From an uncultured cyanobacterium (GTDB taxonomy: Bacteria; Cyanobacteriota; Cyanobacteriia; Phormidesmidales; Phormidesmidaceae), in assembly GCA_963793265.1 (NCBI GenBank), contig CAWBZI010000001.1:928001-992000 (forward strand): DNA of 64,000 nt, written 5' to 3'. Below the pieces are notes generated by a model. It did not search any database, was not told where the DNA came from, and saw only the letters and a program-made list of their open reading frames with translations. The position numbers and the translations under genes are program-made. This document shows positions 30,651-40,920 of this stretch, in pieces. Numbering within the stretch: position 1 is the stretch's first letter; each line of letters begins with the position of its first letter.

Positions 30651-32735
30651 CTAGTCCTTAGTGATGTCGTCTTTAATGTCAGTCGCTTTATCCTTGGCCT
30701 GATCTGTAGCCTCATTAATTCGCTGCTTGGCGCGATCAAGCCAGCTACTGCCGTTAGGGCCATCTGCGGCCTGCCTGGAACCTTGCAATTCAGAGCCTTG
30801 TAAGTTGCTTTGGACACCATCGACGCCGCCTTTGAAGCGATCGCGCACGCCATCAAAGCTACCCTGGCCAATTCCCTTAGCATTATCAAGACCACCTTGG
30901 ACTGAGCCCTTAGCGCCATCAACACCACCTTGGACGTTAGAGCGGATGCCATCAATACCGCCTTGAGCATTAGCGCGTGCGCCATCAATGCCGCCTTGAA
31001 TATTAGAACGCAGGTTACCAAGACCGCCTTGAGCACCACCTTTAATGTTATCGATACCGCCTTTAACAGAGCCAGATACACCATCTAGATCCATCGTGAC
31101 ATCACCAGCCTTGCCCTTCATACGGCCCGCAAGACCTGTACCTACGGCGGCAGCACCCCCAGCAATCGCGGTTCCCCCTGCCACAGCCTTGCCTAAGCTT
31201 GCTCTGCCAGCACGTTCTGCAGAAGCTGTCATACTATCAGCCTCTATAGACCCACCAATCTTAGACCCGCCCACATTGGCTGGATCGGTGCCTAAGCTAG
31301 GATCAGTACCCGGAACGTTGCCGCTACGAAAAGAGTTACGACCGACACCATCTGATTTACCGCCAGCATTCGCGCTATAGCCAGCTTCCTCTTCAGTACC
31401 ACGCTTACCCGCAGCCCAAATTAATAAGCCTAAGCCCGCCAAAGGAAGTAGTAACCACCACCAGCGACCTCGCCCAGCAGCCAAGCTATCCACACCATCG
31501 ACAGCCTCCCCAGCGAGGTTACCAGCATCATCGACGGCACCATCGACTGCGCCATTATTGCCATTAACACCTTCGACAACGCCCACGCCCAAAATAGGAT
31601 CTACACCTTCAGCAAGCAGGGTGCCATCAGCATCAACAAAGTCACCCTCAGCATTTACCAAGTAGCCTTCTGAGCTGATAAGGTTGCCGTCAGCATCGAC
31701 CCGTTGACCATCGGCATTAAGCGTACCAACGCCATCGGTTGTGGCCTCAGCTTCACCCTCTGCGATCGCTGCGGGATTCGCTTCACCAGTCGCGTTCTCA
31801 GCCGCTCCTTCAGCACCCTCGCCGCCACTGCCAGCAATAGTGGCTACGGGTAAGACACTATTGCCGCTCAAACCAGCACTTTCAATAGCCGCTTGTCCAG
31901 GCTGACCAGTAGCGTAGCCCAAGAACGCGGCCACAGCAGGAGATGCGCCACCTGCATAAACAAAGGAGTAAGGCTGAGAGAAGGGATAGCGCGGATCGCT
32001 AGGAAGGGTTTTGTGTAGCTCAATAGCTTTGATAGCGGACTGGCCTTCTAGCTGACCGACGAGTACATAACCGATACCGTCTGAGCCTAGTGCCTCTGCA
32101 AGTGCTTCAGTCGAATCTTCTGGGATCTGAGTAACTGTATCACCCGTTTTAAACTCAGCAGTCGTGAATACGGGATAGGGCTTGAGAGCCTGACGCGTTT
32201 CACTGGTATCAGGGCGGTCAATCATCCGAATAGGGCCAGCGGTTCCACCAACCTCAGACCAATCCTTAATTTCGCCTCGGAAGATTTGGGCGAACTGGCT
32301 ACCCGTAATACTTTGAGCGAAGGTATTATCTTCACCCACCACGATAGCAATCTTCTCACGCCGTACAGGAACAGCAATCAGACCTTTAGCTTCTTCCTCT
32401 GCTGTTAAAGGACGGCTAATCGCCGCAACGTCGGCACTGTCATTAAGAACATCTTGAAGGGCAGCGTTAGCATCTTTAGTCGCAACCTCAACTTTGCCTG
32501 AGTACTGGCTTTCAAATCCATCACCTAGCGCTTTGCTGATCGCGTTCATATTATCAGAGCTACTGCTGACGCGGACAGTCGTACCTTTAGCAACGGATTC
32601 AGGGATCGAAAAGCTGGGAGCTTGCGCGACTATTTGCGCTGATGAGGCTTCAACAAAAGAGGCGGCTCTGGCGGGAATAGCACAGGCAAGAAGCGCTGCG
32701 ATAGTGAGCGCTGAGGCCGTTTTACGGTTGACCAT
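30651..32735 (-). CDS. Membrane protein with periplasmic PstS-like binding domain, TM helix and cytoplasmic 11-aa repeats
   Basis: Signal peptide; 'AAISRPLT.EE', 'IFRGEIKDWSEVGG' PBP motifs; WWWLLLPL TM; C-terminal repeats. Confidence 0.8.
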   Translation of the reverse strand: MVNRKTASALTIAALLACAIPARAASFVEASSAQIVAQAPSFSIPESVAKGTTVRVSSSSDNMNAISKALGDGFESQYSGKVEVATKDANAALQDVLNDSADVAAISRPLTAEEEAKGLIAVPVRREKIAIVVGEDNTFAQSITGSQFAQIFRGEIKDWSEVGGTAGPIRMIDRPDTSETRQALKPYPVFTTAEFKTGDTVTQIPEDSTEALAEALGSDGIGYVLVGQLEGQSAIKAIELHKTLPSDPRYPFSQPYSFVYAGGASPAVAAFLGYATGQPGQAAIESAGLSGNSVLPVATIAGSGGEGAEGAAENATGEANPAAIAEGEAEATTDGVGTLNADGQRVDADGNLISSEGYLVNAEGDFVDADGTLLAEGVDPILGVGVVEGVNGNNGAVDGAVDDAGNLAGEAVDGVDSLAAGRGRWWWLLLPLAGLGLLIWAAGKRGTEEEAGYSANAGGKSDGVGRNSFRSGNVPGTDPSLGTDPANVGGSKIGGSIEADSMTASAERAGRASLGKAVAGGTAIAGGAAAVGTGLAGRMKGKAGDVTMDLDGVSGSVKGGIDNIKGGAQGGLGNLRSNIQGGIDGARANAQGGIDGIRSNVQGGVDGAKGSVQGGLDNAKGIGQGSFDGVRDRFKGGVDGVQSNLQGSELQGSRQAADGPNGSSWLDRAKQRINEATDQAKDKATDIKDDITKD
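30807..31070 (-). repeat. Eight tandem 33-bp (11-aa) coding repeats
   Basis: SVKGGIDNIKG/GAQGGLGNLRS/NIQGGIDGARA/NAQGGIDGIRS/NVQGGVDGAKG/SVQGGLDNAKG/IGQGSFDGVRD/RFKGGVDGVQS. Confidence 0.85.
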
Positions 32736-33266
32736 ATCCAATCTTTACACCTCTGGTAGGCGAGAACAATGTTTTCAAATGCTGCTAGGGCATAGCAACG
32801 GACATATAAGCTCTGACGCTACCTAGCAAAATACACTAAGTAAAAACGTAGGTACAGTTATAGAATCTTGAGGATTCTAAGGTTCTTGTCACTAGCACTT
32901 TATAAACAATCAATTAACGACTGATTTTGGAGCGCTCAGAGGATATTTGTGCCCCTACACGGTATGTCAGCTTTATCAAACTATTTATTGAATTTATCTT
33001 TTCTTTAACTATAGGGGGTTCTCGTTTTCACTTTTTTGAGGTAGAAAATGCGGCTATTCTACGGAGAAGCACGCTGTATGTAATAGATATACGTGTAGGT
33101 ACGCAGGCTCTATGTATCAACAAATTTGATGGTTTCGATACATTTATCCGCGCGCTATTTTCCCCGGAGCAATAGTGTTCTAAGATGACCAAGGCTTATG
33201 GCAGTCTTATGGATTGGTCTACGAGTAGCTTGAGTTTGGACAGTCGGCTCTAAAGGCGTTTTGCAA

Positions 33267-34160
33267 ATGGTTCCAGATTTTTCGTCATCGCAAAACGGTC
33301 AACCCGCTGATGGGATTGACTTTGATAATTTTATTTTAGAGATTGAGCCCGATCCGACTTCGACGACAGAGGAGGTGGTTCAGACAAAACCTGAAAGCAA
33401 CCCTAATCTACAGGTTCAGTTTAAAAGCGAGCGGGGACGACTGCTTTTGCTGCTGCCACCAGCGCCTGAAAAAAGTCGAAATCCGGTGCATTGGGAAGAG
33501 CTAAGACAGCAGTTAAAACGGCGGCTGAGTGGGGGCGAGCGGTTCTTACAGCCTCATACGCCAGTGCATTTGATTGCGCGTGATCGCCTCTTAGATGCGC
33601 AACAGGTACAGGCTATCGATACGCTGCTCAGCGAGGCTCAACTTCCCTTAAAGCGGATTTATACCAATCGTCGGCAGAGCGCGGTAGCAGCGGCTACTGC
33701 CGGATATTCAGTAGAGCAGCAGACAACCTTGGGCCATCTGGGTCAGGGGCAAGAAGCCTCTCGACAGGCAATGGATGAGCCACTTTATTTGCAAACGACA
33801 CTGAGATCAGGCGTGGAGGTGCGGCATCGAGGCACTGTGATTGTGCTGGGTGATGCCAATCCTGGCAGTTCGATTGTGGCAGAAGGAGACATCTTTATAT
33901 GGGGTAGATTGCGCGGGGTGGTTCATGCTGGAGCCGATGGGAACAGGCAGTGCCGTATCATGGCTCTGCATATGCAGCCGACCCAACTGCGGATTGCTGA
34001 CCAAGTTGCGCGATCGCCTGAAGACCCGCCTGCGCAGTATCAGCCCGAAGTAGCCTATATTGGCCCTGATGGGATTCGGATTGCGATCGCCGCCGAGTTT
34101 GCAGCTGCCGATTTAATGACAACCGAAACCAACCAAGAGAACCCCCACGAGAGCACATGA
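33267..34160 (+). CDS. minC: Septum site-determining protein MinC
   Basis: 'TLRSG', 'GDANPGS.IVAEGDI.IWG.LRG.VHAG', 'PTQLRIAD'. Confidence 0.96.
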   Translation: MVPDFSSSQNGQPADGIDFDNFILEIEPDPTSTTEEVVQTKPESNPNLQVQFKSERGRLLLLLPPAPEKSRNPVHWEELRQQLKRRLSGGERFLQPHTPVHLIARDRLLDAQQVQAIDTLLSEAQLPLKRIYTNRRQSAVAAATAGYSVEQQTTLGHLGQGQEASRQAMDEPLYLQTTLRSGVEVRHRGTVIVLGDANPGSSIVAEGDIFIWGRLRGVVHAGADGNRQCRIMALHMQPTQLRIADQVARSPEDPPAQYQPEVAYIGPDGIRIAIAAEFAAADLMTTETNQENPHEST

Positions 34161-34954
34161 GCCGCATTATCGTTATGACCTCCGGTAAGGGAGGCGTTGG
34201 TAAAACTACCTGCACCGCAAATTTAGGAATGGCTCTAGCAAAAGCCGGGCAGCGCGTTGCTGTTGTTGATGCTGACTTTGGGCTGCGTAACTTAGACTTA
34301 TTACTAGGGCTCGAAAATCGCATTGTCTATACCGCGCTAGACGTACTAGCAGGCGAATGTCGATTGGATCAGGCACTCGTCAAAGACAAAAGGCAGCCCA
34401 ATCTAGCGCTGCTACCTGCTGCCCAAAATCGATCAAAAGAATCTATCAAGCCCGAGCAAATGAAGCGGCTGATTAAGGCGCTCACTAAGGTATACAACTT
34501 TATTTTGATCGACAGCCCAGCGGGCATCGAGATGGGATTTCGCAATTCGATTGCAGCGGCCAGAGAAGCCATTATTGTCACCACGCCAGAAATTTCAGCC
34601 GTTAGGGATGCCGATAGAGTTATTGGATTGTTAGAGGCTAATGACATTAAAGCCGTGCGCCTAGTCATCAATCGGCTCAGACCGGCCATGGTTGCTGCTG
34701 AACAAATGATGTCTGTTAAGGACGTTCAGGGGATACTATCTATTCCTCTGCTCGGTGTCATTCCTGATGATGAACAGGTGATAGTTTCGACGAATAAAGG
34801 GGAGCCCTTGGTACTAGAAGAGAAACTATCTCAGGCGGGAATTGCGTTTACAAACGTGTCACAGCGCTTGCAGGGCGAGAAAGTACCGCTTATGGATCTG
34901 AGCATTCCTCAAGAAAGTTTCTTTACCAGACTCAAGCGGCTATTTAGAGGGTAG
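34157..34954 (+). CDS. minD: Septum site-determining ATPase MinD
   Basis: 'SGKGGVGKTT', 'DFGLRNLD', C-terminal amphipathic helix. Confidence 0.98.
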   Translation: MSRIIVMTSGKGGVGKTTCTANLGMALAKAGQRVAVVDADFGLRNLDLLLGLENRIVYTALDVLAGECRLDQALVKDKRQPNLALLPAAQNRSKESIKPEQMKRLIKALTKVYNFILIDSPAGIEMGFRNSIAAAREAIIVTTPEISAVRDADRVIGLLEANDIKAVRLVINRLRPAMVAAEQMMSVKDVQGILSIPLLGVIPDDEQVIVSTNKGEPLVLEEKLSQAGIAFTNVSQRLQGEKVPLMDLSIPQESFFTRLKRLFRG

Positions 34955-34987
34955 ACGTAGAATAGCTACATCACGGTGACTAACAAC

Positions 34988-35641
34988 ATGACAATTCCTA
35001 TCATCAGCGATCTTCTCGAAAGACTCTTTGGCCCTAGCGAAGATCCGCACAGCCGTGACGACGTAAAGCGTCGCTTGCAAATTGTGCTCGCCCACGACCG
35101 CCTAGCGCTCGATCCTCAAACATTAGAAATGATGCGGCAGGAAATTATTGCGGTGGTTTCTCGCTATGTAGAAGTTGACTTTGAGTCTCTAGAATTTTCG
35201 CTTGCCACTAACGAACGCGTCACCGCGCTGACGGCAAACCTACCCATTAGACGTATCCGGCCACTCGGTCGGGGGGCGGATGCTCCGATTGGCGCTGATG
35301 ATGAGGTGGAAAAAATTGAGCTAGCTTCTCCAGCAGAAGCCGTTGCCTTAGATGCTAAAGAAACAGAAGCCGCGCTAAGACGGTTTGAAGCAGACTCCCG
35401 CAACAACGACGCACACCCACCCCTAGATATTGACCGCTCAGGACTAGATGAAGCTGATGACCTAGAGGGCTCAGATAGCATAGTAGATGAAGCTGATTCT
35501 GAGCGTTCTAGCAACTTAAACTTTACGGATGACTCAGAAGCCGTTGATTTGCCTGAAGAACCTACACCTGATATCCCTGATATGTCGATTCCTGACGCTT
35601 CGGCTCAGACCTTTGGCTCTCCGCAATCAAAGTCTACATAG
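34988..35641 (+). CDS. minE: Cell division topological specificity factor MinE with long acidic C-terminal extension
   Basis: 'KRRLQIVLAHDR', 'ANLPIRR'; follows minD. Confidence 0.92.
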   Translation: MTIPIISDLLERLFGPSEDPHSRDDVKRRLQIVLAHDRLALDPQTLEMMRQEIIAVVSRYVEVDFESLEFSLATNERVTALTANLPIRRIRPLGRGADAPIGADDEVEKIELASPAEAVALDAKETEAALRRFEADSRNNDAHPPLDIDRSGLDEADDLEGSDSIVDEADSERSSNLNFTDDSEAVDLPEEPTPDIPDMSIPDASAQTFGSPQSKST

Positions 35642-35752
35642 ATTCTCAGAAAATTCTTAGCTTGTTCCTCCGAATACAGCAATCCATCGAATCATCGCGT
35701 ATACTTTCCTTAACGACGTTAAACAAATCTCAACAAAGCGGAAGCACTCGTT

Positions 35753-35956
35753 ATGGAAAATCAAAATCAAGTTGACGCTTCAAGCTCCGGTGCGGCGATA
35801 GAGAGCAAAACTTTGGGCGTGAACCCCAATCGCTATTATCGCCCTGAGCCTCGCTTGGGCTTTACGCCATTTGCAGAGCTATGGAACGGTCGGCTGGCAA
35901 TGGTCGGCATCATTGTAGCGCTGGCCTTCGAGATTATTTCTCACCACGCTTTTTAA
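35753..35956 (+). CDS. hli: High light inducible protein (HLIP/CAB-like)
   Basis: 'GFTPFAELWNGRLAMVG' ExxNGRxAM motif. Confidence 0.93.
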   Translation: MENQNQVDASSSGAAIESKTLGVNPNRYYRPEPRLGFTPFAELWNGRLAMVGIIVALAFEIISHHAF

Positions 35957-36049
35957 GTGATCGCGCAAATTATGCTGATTACCGTCACGGTTCTTTTTTG
36001 GCCACAGGCTGTAAGGCACGTTTGAAAGCAGATTACATTTTTAGACGTT

Positions 36050-36089
36050 AAAAACCCTACTCGTTCTCTATGAATCAAGTAGGGTTTTT
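36050..36089. terminator. Terminator-like inverted repeat between convergent genes
   Basis: AAAACCCTACT...AGTAGGGTTTT. Confidence 0.6.
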
Positions 36090-36123
36090 GTTTTTGTGTA
36101 TAGCCATGCTCGGGCGATATCGC

Positions 36124-36594
36124 TCAGGCAATGTCGGGTGGAATCGTTTGCGGCTTCATGTTTTGAGTGAGCTGGCTTTGGAACATAGCCTTGAGGTCGT
36201 TTCGTCGAACTTCGATGGCGCGATCACGAGCCTCTGTTTCCAAGAAAATAAGGCTGTCCACTGGGTCAATAGAAGGCAGTTGAAACAAAAGCCGGGCCAC
36301 TGGGATCGGCAACGCCATCAGTCCGGGATTGCTTTTGGCAAGCTTGTCGCCCGCTGCTGCTGCCAATGACGGGTAGGCATAGATGACGCGTTTGGGCTCA
36401 GTGGGATTGTCTTTATGAGCAACGGTGGCCTGGAGCCACTGCTTGCTGACTGATTGGAGAATGTAGTATTCCGAATGCTGAAGCTGTTTGGCAATCGACT
36501 GGATGACCGGCGAAACCGTTTCGATAGCCTGCTTAAGGCCAGCCTCAAGAGGTGCACCCTCGATAAGATCTTGAAGTTGCTGGTCGATGTCCAT
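36124..36594 (-). CDS. Conserved cyanobacterial hypothetical protein, divergent from hetZ
   Basis: 'MDIDQQLQDLIEGAP...LQHSEYYILQ...IPPDIA'. Confidence 0.75.
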   Translation of the reverse strand: MDIDQQLQDLIEGAPLEAGLKQAIETVSPVIQSIAKQLQHSEYYILQSVSKQWLQATVAHKDNPTEPKRVIYAYPSLAAAAGDKLAKSNPGLMALPIPVARLLFQLPSIDPVDSLIFLETEARDRAIEVRRNDLKAMFQSQLTQNMKPQTIPPDIA

Positions 36595-36786
36595 AGATGG
36601 TTTTGCCGAAAAACAAGGTATTGGAAGTGCAAGGATTGTACCTCTCAACTTTAATACTTCTGTGAATATCGCGTCAGATTGTTTAGAACGCTATCTAATT
36701 TGTCTATTCTCAAGTTGGTGCCTACCTGCTGCTTAACCTGAAAATCATCCTTTCTACTACTCACGGTTCAACCATCAGGGAATTAA

Positions 36787-37902
36787 TTGTTACTAGCTGT
36801 GGATACGCTTTTTGAACGACTGTTTCAAGAACTGAGTCGGGCCACACCAGCCTCAAAACGGAATTGCCGCGAAGTCGCTACTCGGATTGTCGAGGAAGTA
36901 CAGCGCATTTGCGTAGAAAGTCAGCGCATACAGAATTCGGGTGATGTTGATGGCTGGGCAAGCGAGCTGGCAAATCATCGACTAAAGCAGATTCTTCGGT
37001 ACGTAGACTTTGGCTCGACGAAAGGCCGCTTAGAGCTACACAGTAGCCTTAGTGCCATTGTGTATCGATACATGACGCCGCCGCAGGTGCAGTCTAGCTA
37101 TCAGGCCCGCGTCTCGTTAATTGAAGACTTTTTACAAAACTTCTACGTTGAGAGCATCAATGCCTTTCGTCGTGAGAATGAAGTTGCCGCTAGCTATCGG
37201 CCCCGGTCGTCTTTAGAACTAGCCGAGTATATGGCGTTTACGGAGCGCTATGCGAAACGACGCATTCCGCTTTCTAGAGGGCGCAGCCAGCAGCTTATTA
37301 TCTTGCGTACTCAAACGTTCTCAAAGCAGCAGCCGCCCGAGACGGCGATTGATATTCAGCAGGCGATCGAAGGGGGCGATTCGGAACAGCCCAGAGCGGC
37401 CCCATTGCAGCGACTGCGTGAAGAGCTGACCACAGGCGAAGACACAGGCGACTCTGAGAGCACTGTGCGCGAACGAGTGGTGGAGCAGCTTATGGATTAC
37501 TTAGTAGAAAAAGGCCAAAAAGATTGCGCTGACTACTTTAGCCTGCGGCTGATAGATTTGCCGACGCACGAAATCGAATCTATTTTAGGTATTGACCCTC
37601 GGGAGCGAGATTATTTGCAGCAGCGGTTTAAGTACCATCTACTGAAGTTTTCGTTTGCGCATAACTGGGAGCTAGTTCATGAGTGGCTTGGGGCAGAATT
37701 GGGACGGAACCTGGGTTTGACTCCTCAACAGTGGGAATATTTTCAGACGAAAATCAATCAAACTCAGACTAAAATACTCACACTCAAGCAGCAAAACCTC
37801 AGCGATTCAGAAATATCTAAAAACCTCGACCTGACGCCGACTCAGCTGCGAAAGCAATGGTCTAAACTACTAGAGCAGGCTTGGGACATTCGCAATATTT
37901 AG
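36787..37902 (+). CDS. hetZ: HetZ-family protein
   Basis: 'ELHSSLSAIVYRY', 'LIEDFLQ.FY.E...AFRRE', 'LELAEYMAFTERYAKRRI', 'RDYLQQRFKYH'; followed by patU. Confidence 0.85.
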   Translation: MLLAVDTLFERLFQELSRATPASKRNCREVATRIVEEVQRICVESQRIQNSGDVDGWASELANHRLKQILRYVDFGSTKGRLELHSSLSAIVYRYMTPPQVQSSYQARVSLIEDFLQNFYVESINAFRRENEVAASYRPRSSLELAEYMAFTERYAKRRIPLSRGRSQQLIILRTQTFSKQQPPETAIDIQQAIEGGDSEQPRAAPLQRLREELTTGEDTGDSESTVRERVVEQLMDYLVEKGQKDCADYFSLRLIDLPTHEIESILGIDPRERDYLQQRFKYHLLKFSFAHNWELVHEWLGAELGRNLGLTPQQWEYFQTKINQTQTKILTLKQQNLSDSEISKNLDLTPTQLRKQWSKLLEQAWDIRNI

Positions 37903-38026
37903 GCACGCTATTTGTAAAGTGCGCTTAAAGACGCATATTTGAGAAGCGCTTTTAAGCTTCGTGCGGTATTGCAATCGAGTGTTTATTAGCGAATATCTGG
38001 ATCTATCCGGACTGAGATATTCGTCT

Positions 38027-39205
38027 ATGAAGAATGATGCAGATAACATTCGGAACTCGCTTTTGTGGCTTCTTCACGAGTTTTGCGAAGATAACTTCAA
38101 AAAACTCGACCCGACATTTTCTCCACCATCAGGAAATGGGTCTACATTTGAAGCCAACCTAACAGAAGCGAGTGAGTTCGAAGTCGGGTCTGATGCAACG
38201 TCCATGAAGCCTGCCCAGCCAAAAGGGTCTGAGGAAATACCACCGGTATTGCCCTCTTATCCATCTACATCTGCTAGCGCATCGCTCGTCGGAGCATTGC
38301 GGCCTAGTTTTTCAGCGGCTTCGAGAGGTGTATTGTCTACAGATACATGCTCTCAGACGGCTCAGTCGTTTAACTTCGGAGAAATCCACGCTGTGCAAGA
38401 ACGTTTCCAAGCTTTGATAAAGCAACGTCTCCTTTCGGAGTACGAAAGCAATCCCCCTCTTTTCCCCTGGGAATCAGAAGTCAGCGAGTATCCTGCTGAA
38501 GTGACTGATTATGTGCCAGCGGCGGTGGTTTCACCGCTGTGGAGTGCTCATATGAGCGCGCTGAAGGTACCGGGGTTACTGCCTACTGCCTTGATGAATA
38601 CTTTGTTTGAGCGGTGTCAAGAGATCGCGAGATCGCCCATAAAACAAGGGGTTCGACTGGTCAGAGCCGTTGAGGATTTATTTCCTGAAAGCTCTGATAT
38701 GTTGGAGCCAATTGCCAATATGGTATTGGTGCCTGCCTACCGATCGAGTAGAGATACGCAAGATGCGGTGATTCAAGAACTTGCCAATGCGGCAGGTGGA
38801 TATAGTGCCGCCATGCCTGAACAACAAATAGCACTCTCGATGCTAGCTGCCCAAGAAATTTTAGGTGCCCTGACGTTTTCTTTGAGTGCCGATTGGCCCT
38901 CAGAAAAGCGAAGCTGGGTGACTACGCTGGGCGTGTTAGAAGTCACCGCTAGCTATCAGGGCGATCAGCTCATGGTTTTAGCTGTACTACCAGATGGCGG
39001 ACAGGTAAGGCTGTGTGATGGCGATGTTAAGAAGCAGGCTGTGCGATCGCAACCTGGCGCTCTAGACTTAACCTGGGCTCAGCCGACTCCTGGCAAGACC
39101 TACGTTTTAGAAGTCTCCCTGCGAGACGAAGAGCAGGCGCTAAACTTCGTTATCAACGTGGCTAACACCGCTAGCTCATCTGCTAGTTTGGCCAGTGGCT
39201 TGTAA
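38027..39205 (+). CDS. patU: PatU-family protein (single uninterrupted ORF)
   Basis: 'VQERFQALIKQRL...NPPLFPWE'; synteny downstream of hetZ. Confidence 0.8.
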   Translation: MKNDADNIRNSLLWLLHEFCEDNFKKLDPTFSPPSGNGSTFEANLTEASEFEVGSDATSMKPAQPKGSEEIPPVLPSYPSTSASASLVGALRPSFSAASRGVLSTDTCSQTAQSFNFGEIHAVQERFQALIKQRLLSEYESNPPLFPWESEVSEYPAEVTDYVPAAVVSPLWSAHMSALKVPGLLPTALMNTLFERCQEIARSPIKQGVRLVRAVEDLFPESSDMLEPIANMVLVPAYRSSRDTQDAVIQELANAAGGYSAAMPEQQIALSMLAAQEILGALTFSLSADWPSEKRSWVTTLGVLEVTASYQGDQLMVLAVLPDGGQVRLCDGDVKKQAVRSQPGALDLTWAQPTPGKTYVLEVSLRDEEQALNFVINVANTASSSASLASGL

Positions 39206-39342
39206 GCGCTGCTAAACCAGCAATAGCAACCAACTGCTCACGCGTCTATAGCTTTTGTTAGGCAACCTGCGAGTGCATCCGCACTTGCCATACATATAGG
39301 CTCTATATCCGGTCTTTGCCATGCGACCGACACTTCATCTTA

Positions 39343-39370
39343 AAGGCTAGCTCTCAACGGAGCTGGCCTT
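39343..39370 (+). terminator. Possible terminator after patU
   Basis: AAGGCTAGCTC...GAGCTGGCCTT followed by T-rich tract. Confidence 0.5.
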
Positions 39371-39605
39371 ATTTATTGGGCTGTTGAAATCAGGCCGCCA
39401 AGCTATTTCTTTAGATTGGGTGTGTTGATGAAATCAAAATTGGCACTTGGAAAGTTTTGATTTGCATACTTAACTTAGCAGCGAGTGGTGATTTCTCTGT
39501 AACAGTAGCGATACAATTAACACTTCTCACGCTGCTGAAATAGCCAACAACCTTCCAGAAGGCTCGCGCATTTTTCCAAAATTCTCCTCGTTTTTTTAAC
39601 TTCTT

Positions 39606-40895
39606 ATGGCCTCTCCAACTCTAATTCCTCAAACCCTGCCGACTGTTTCGCCTGAATCTGAAGCTGCACAGATACAGCAGACAGCAGATTTTCAACCAGA
39701 AGCTTTTGATCAGCACGTCATGGCAACGTATGGCCGCTTTCCGATTGCGCTAGAGCGTGGAGAAGGCTGTCGAGTTTGGGATTCTACAGGGCGCGAGTAT
39801 TTGGATTTTGTCGCCGGAATTGCGACCTGCACGCTCGGTCATGCTAATCCGGCAATGGTAGAAGCGGTGACAACGCAAATTAAGAAGCTGCACCACGTTT
39901 CTAATTTGTATTACATTCCTGAGCAGGGCGAACTGGCCCAGTGGTTGACCGAACGCTCATGCGCAGATCGCGTGTTTTTCTGTAATTCAGGTGCAGAGGC
40001 AAACGAAGGGGCGATTAAGCTGGCTCGTAAGTATGGCCACACCGAACTGGGCATAGAAGCGCCGATTATTATTACGGCAAACGCCAGCTTTCATGGGCGT
40101 ACGCTGGCGACGGTGACTGCAACCGGACAGCCTAAGTATCAGAAGAATTTCAACCCGCTGGTACCTGGCTTTCATTACGTGGATTATAACGACGTTGATG
40201 CGCTGCGCGAGGCGATTGAGACGCTAGACGCTGAGCGACGACAGGTTGCGGCGATTATGCTGGAGCCAATGCAGGGTGAAGGCGGCGTGTGCCCAGGGAA
40301 TCCGATTTACTTTAAGCAGGTGCGTAAGCTGTGCGATGAGAAAGGGATTTTGCTGATTTTAGATGAGGTACAGGTAGGGATGGGCCGTACGGGCAATCTT
40401 TGGGGCTATCAGACGGTGGGTGTGGAGCCGGATGTGTTTACCTCGGCTAAGGGATTAGGCGGTGGCGTTCCGATTGGGGCGATTTTGACGAAGCGCCATT
40501 GTGATGTGCTGAGGCCGGGTGAGCATGGCAGTACGTTTGGTGGCAACCCTTTTGTGTGTGGGGTGGCGCTGAAGGTGTGTGAGACGCTGGAGTCTGAGGG
40601 CTTGTTGGCGAATGTGCGATCGCGCGGTAAGCAGCTTAGAGAAGGCTTGAGGGCGATCGCTAAGAAATACCCAACTCTTTGCACAGGCGTACGCGGCTGG
40701 GGATTGATCAACGGCCTGGTGTTGAATGAAGGAACCGTCGCGCTAGATGTGGTGAAGGCGGCTTTAGCAGAAGGACTGCTGGTGATTCCGGCAGGGGCGA
40801 AAGTGGTTCGATTTGTGCCGCCGCTGATTGTGACCGAAGCGGATGTGAATGAGGCTCTGAGGCTAATTGATCAGACGTTGAGCAAGATGGCCTAA
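39606..40895 (+). CDS. argD: Acetylornithine aminotransferase
   Basis: 'CNSGAEANE', 'SFHGRT', 'DEVQ.G.GRTG', 'AKGLGGG', 'HGSTFGGNP'. Confidence 0.95.
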   Translation: MASPTLIPQTLPTVSPESEAAQIQQTADFQPEAFDQHVMATYGRFPIALERGEGCRVWDSTGREYLDFVAGIATCTLGHANPAMVEAVTTQIKKLHHVSNLYYIPEQGELAQWLTERSCADRVFFCNSGAEANEGAIKLARKYGHTELGIEAPIIITANASFHGRTLATVTATGQPKYQKNFNPLVPGFHYVDYNDVDALREAIETLDAERRQVAAIMLEPMQGEGGVCPGNPIYFKQVRKLCDEKGILLILDEVQVGMGRTGNLWGYQTVGVEPDVFTSAKGLGGGVPIGAILTKRHCDVLRPGEHGSTFGGNPFVCGVALKVCETLESEGLLANVRSRGKQLREGLRAIAKKYPTLCTGVRGWGLINGLVLNEGTVALDVVKAALAEGLLVIPAGAKVVRFVPPLIVTEADVNEALRLIDQTLSKMA

Positions 40896-40920
40896 AGGTA
40901 GCTATAAGAAGTAAGCGTCC

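Noticed and set aside
30807..31070. CRISPR array or DGR-like repeats
   Set aside because: Repeats are in-frame, degenerate and spacer-less; no cas, reverse transcriptase, transposase or integrase gene was seen in the window.
32927..33175. 82-aa ORF upstream of minC
   Set aside because: TTG start, AT-rich divergent promoter region, no recognisable protein features.
38006..38011. DIF1-like TCCGGA before patU
   Set aside because: A single hexamer only about 15 bp from the likely start codon, too close for a -35 position; expected by chance.
39498..39515. NtcA box upstream of argD (and of minC at about 33080)
   Set aside because: GTA-TAC spacing is N10 and N7 rather than N8.
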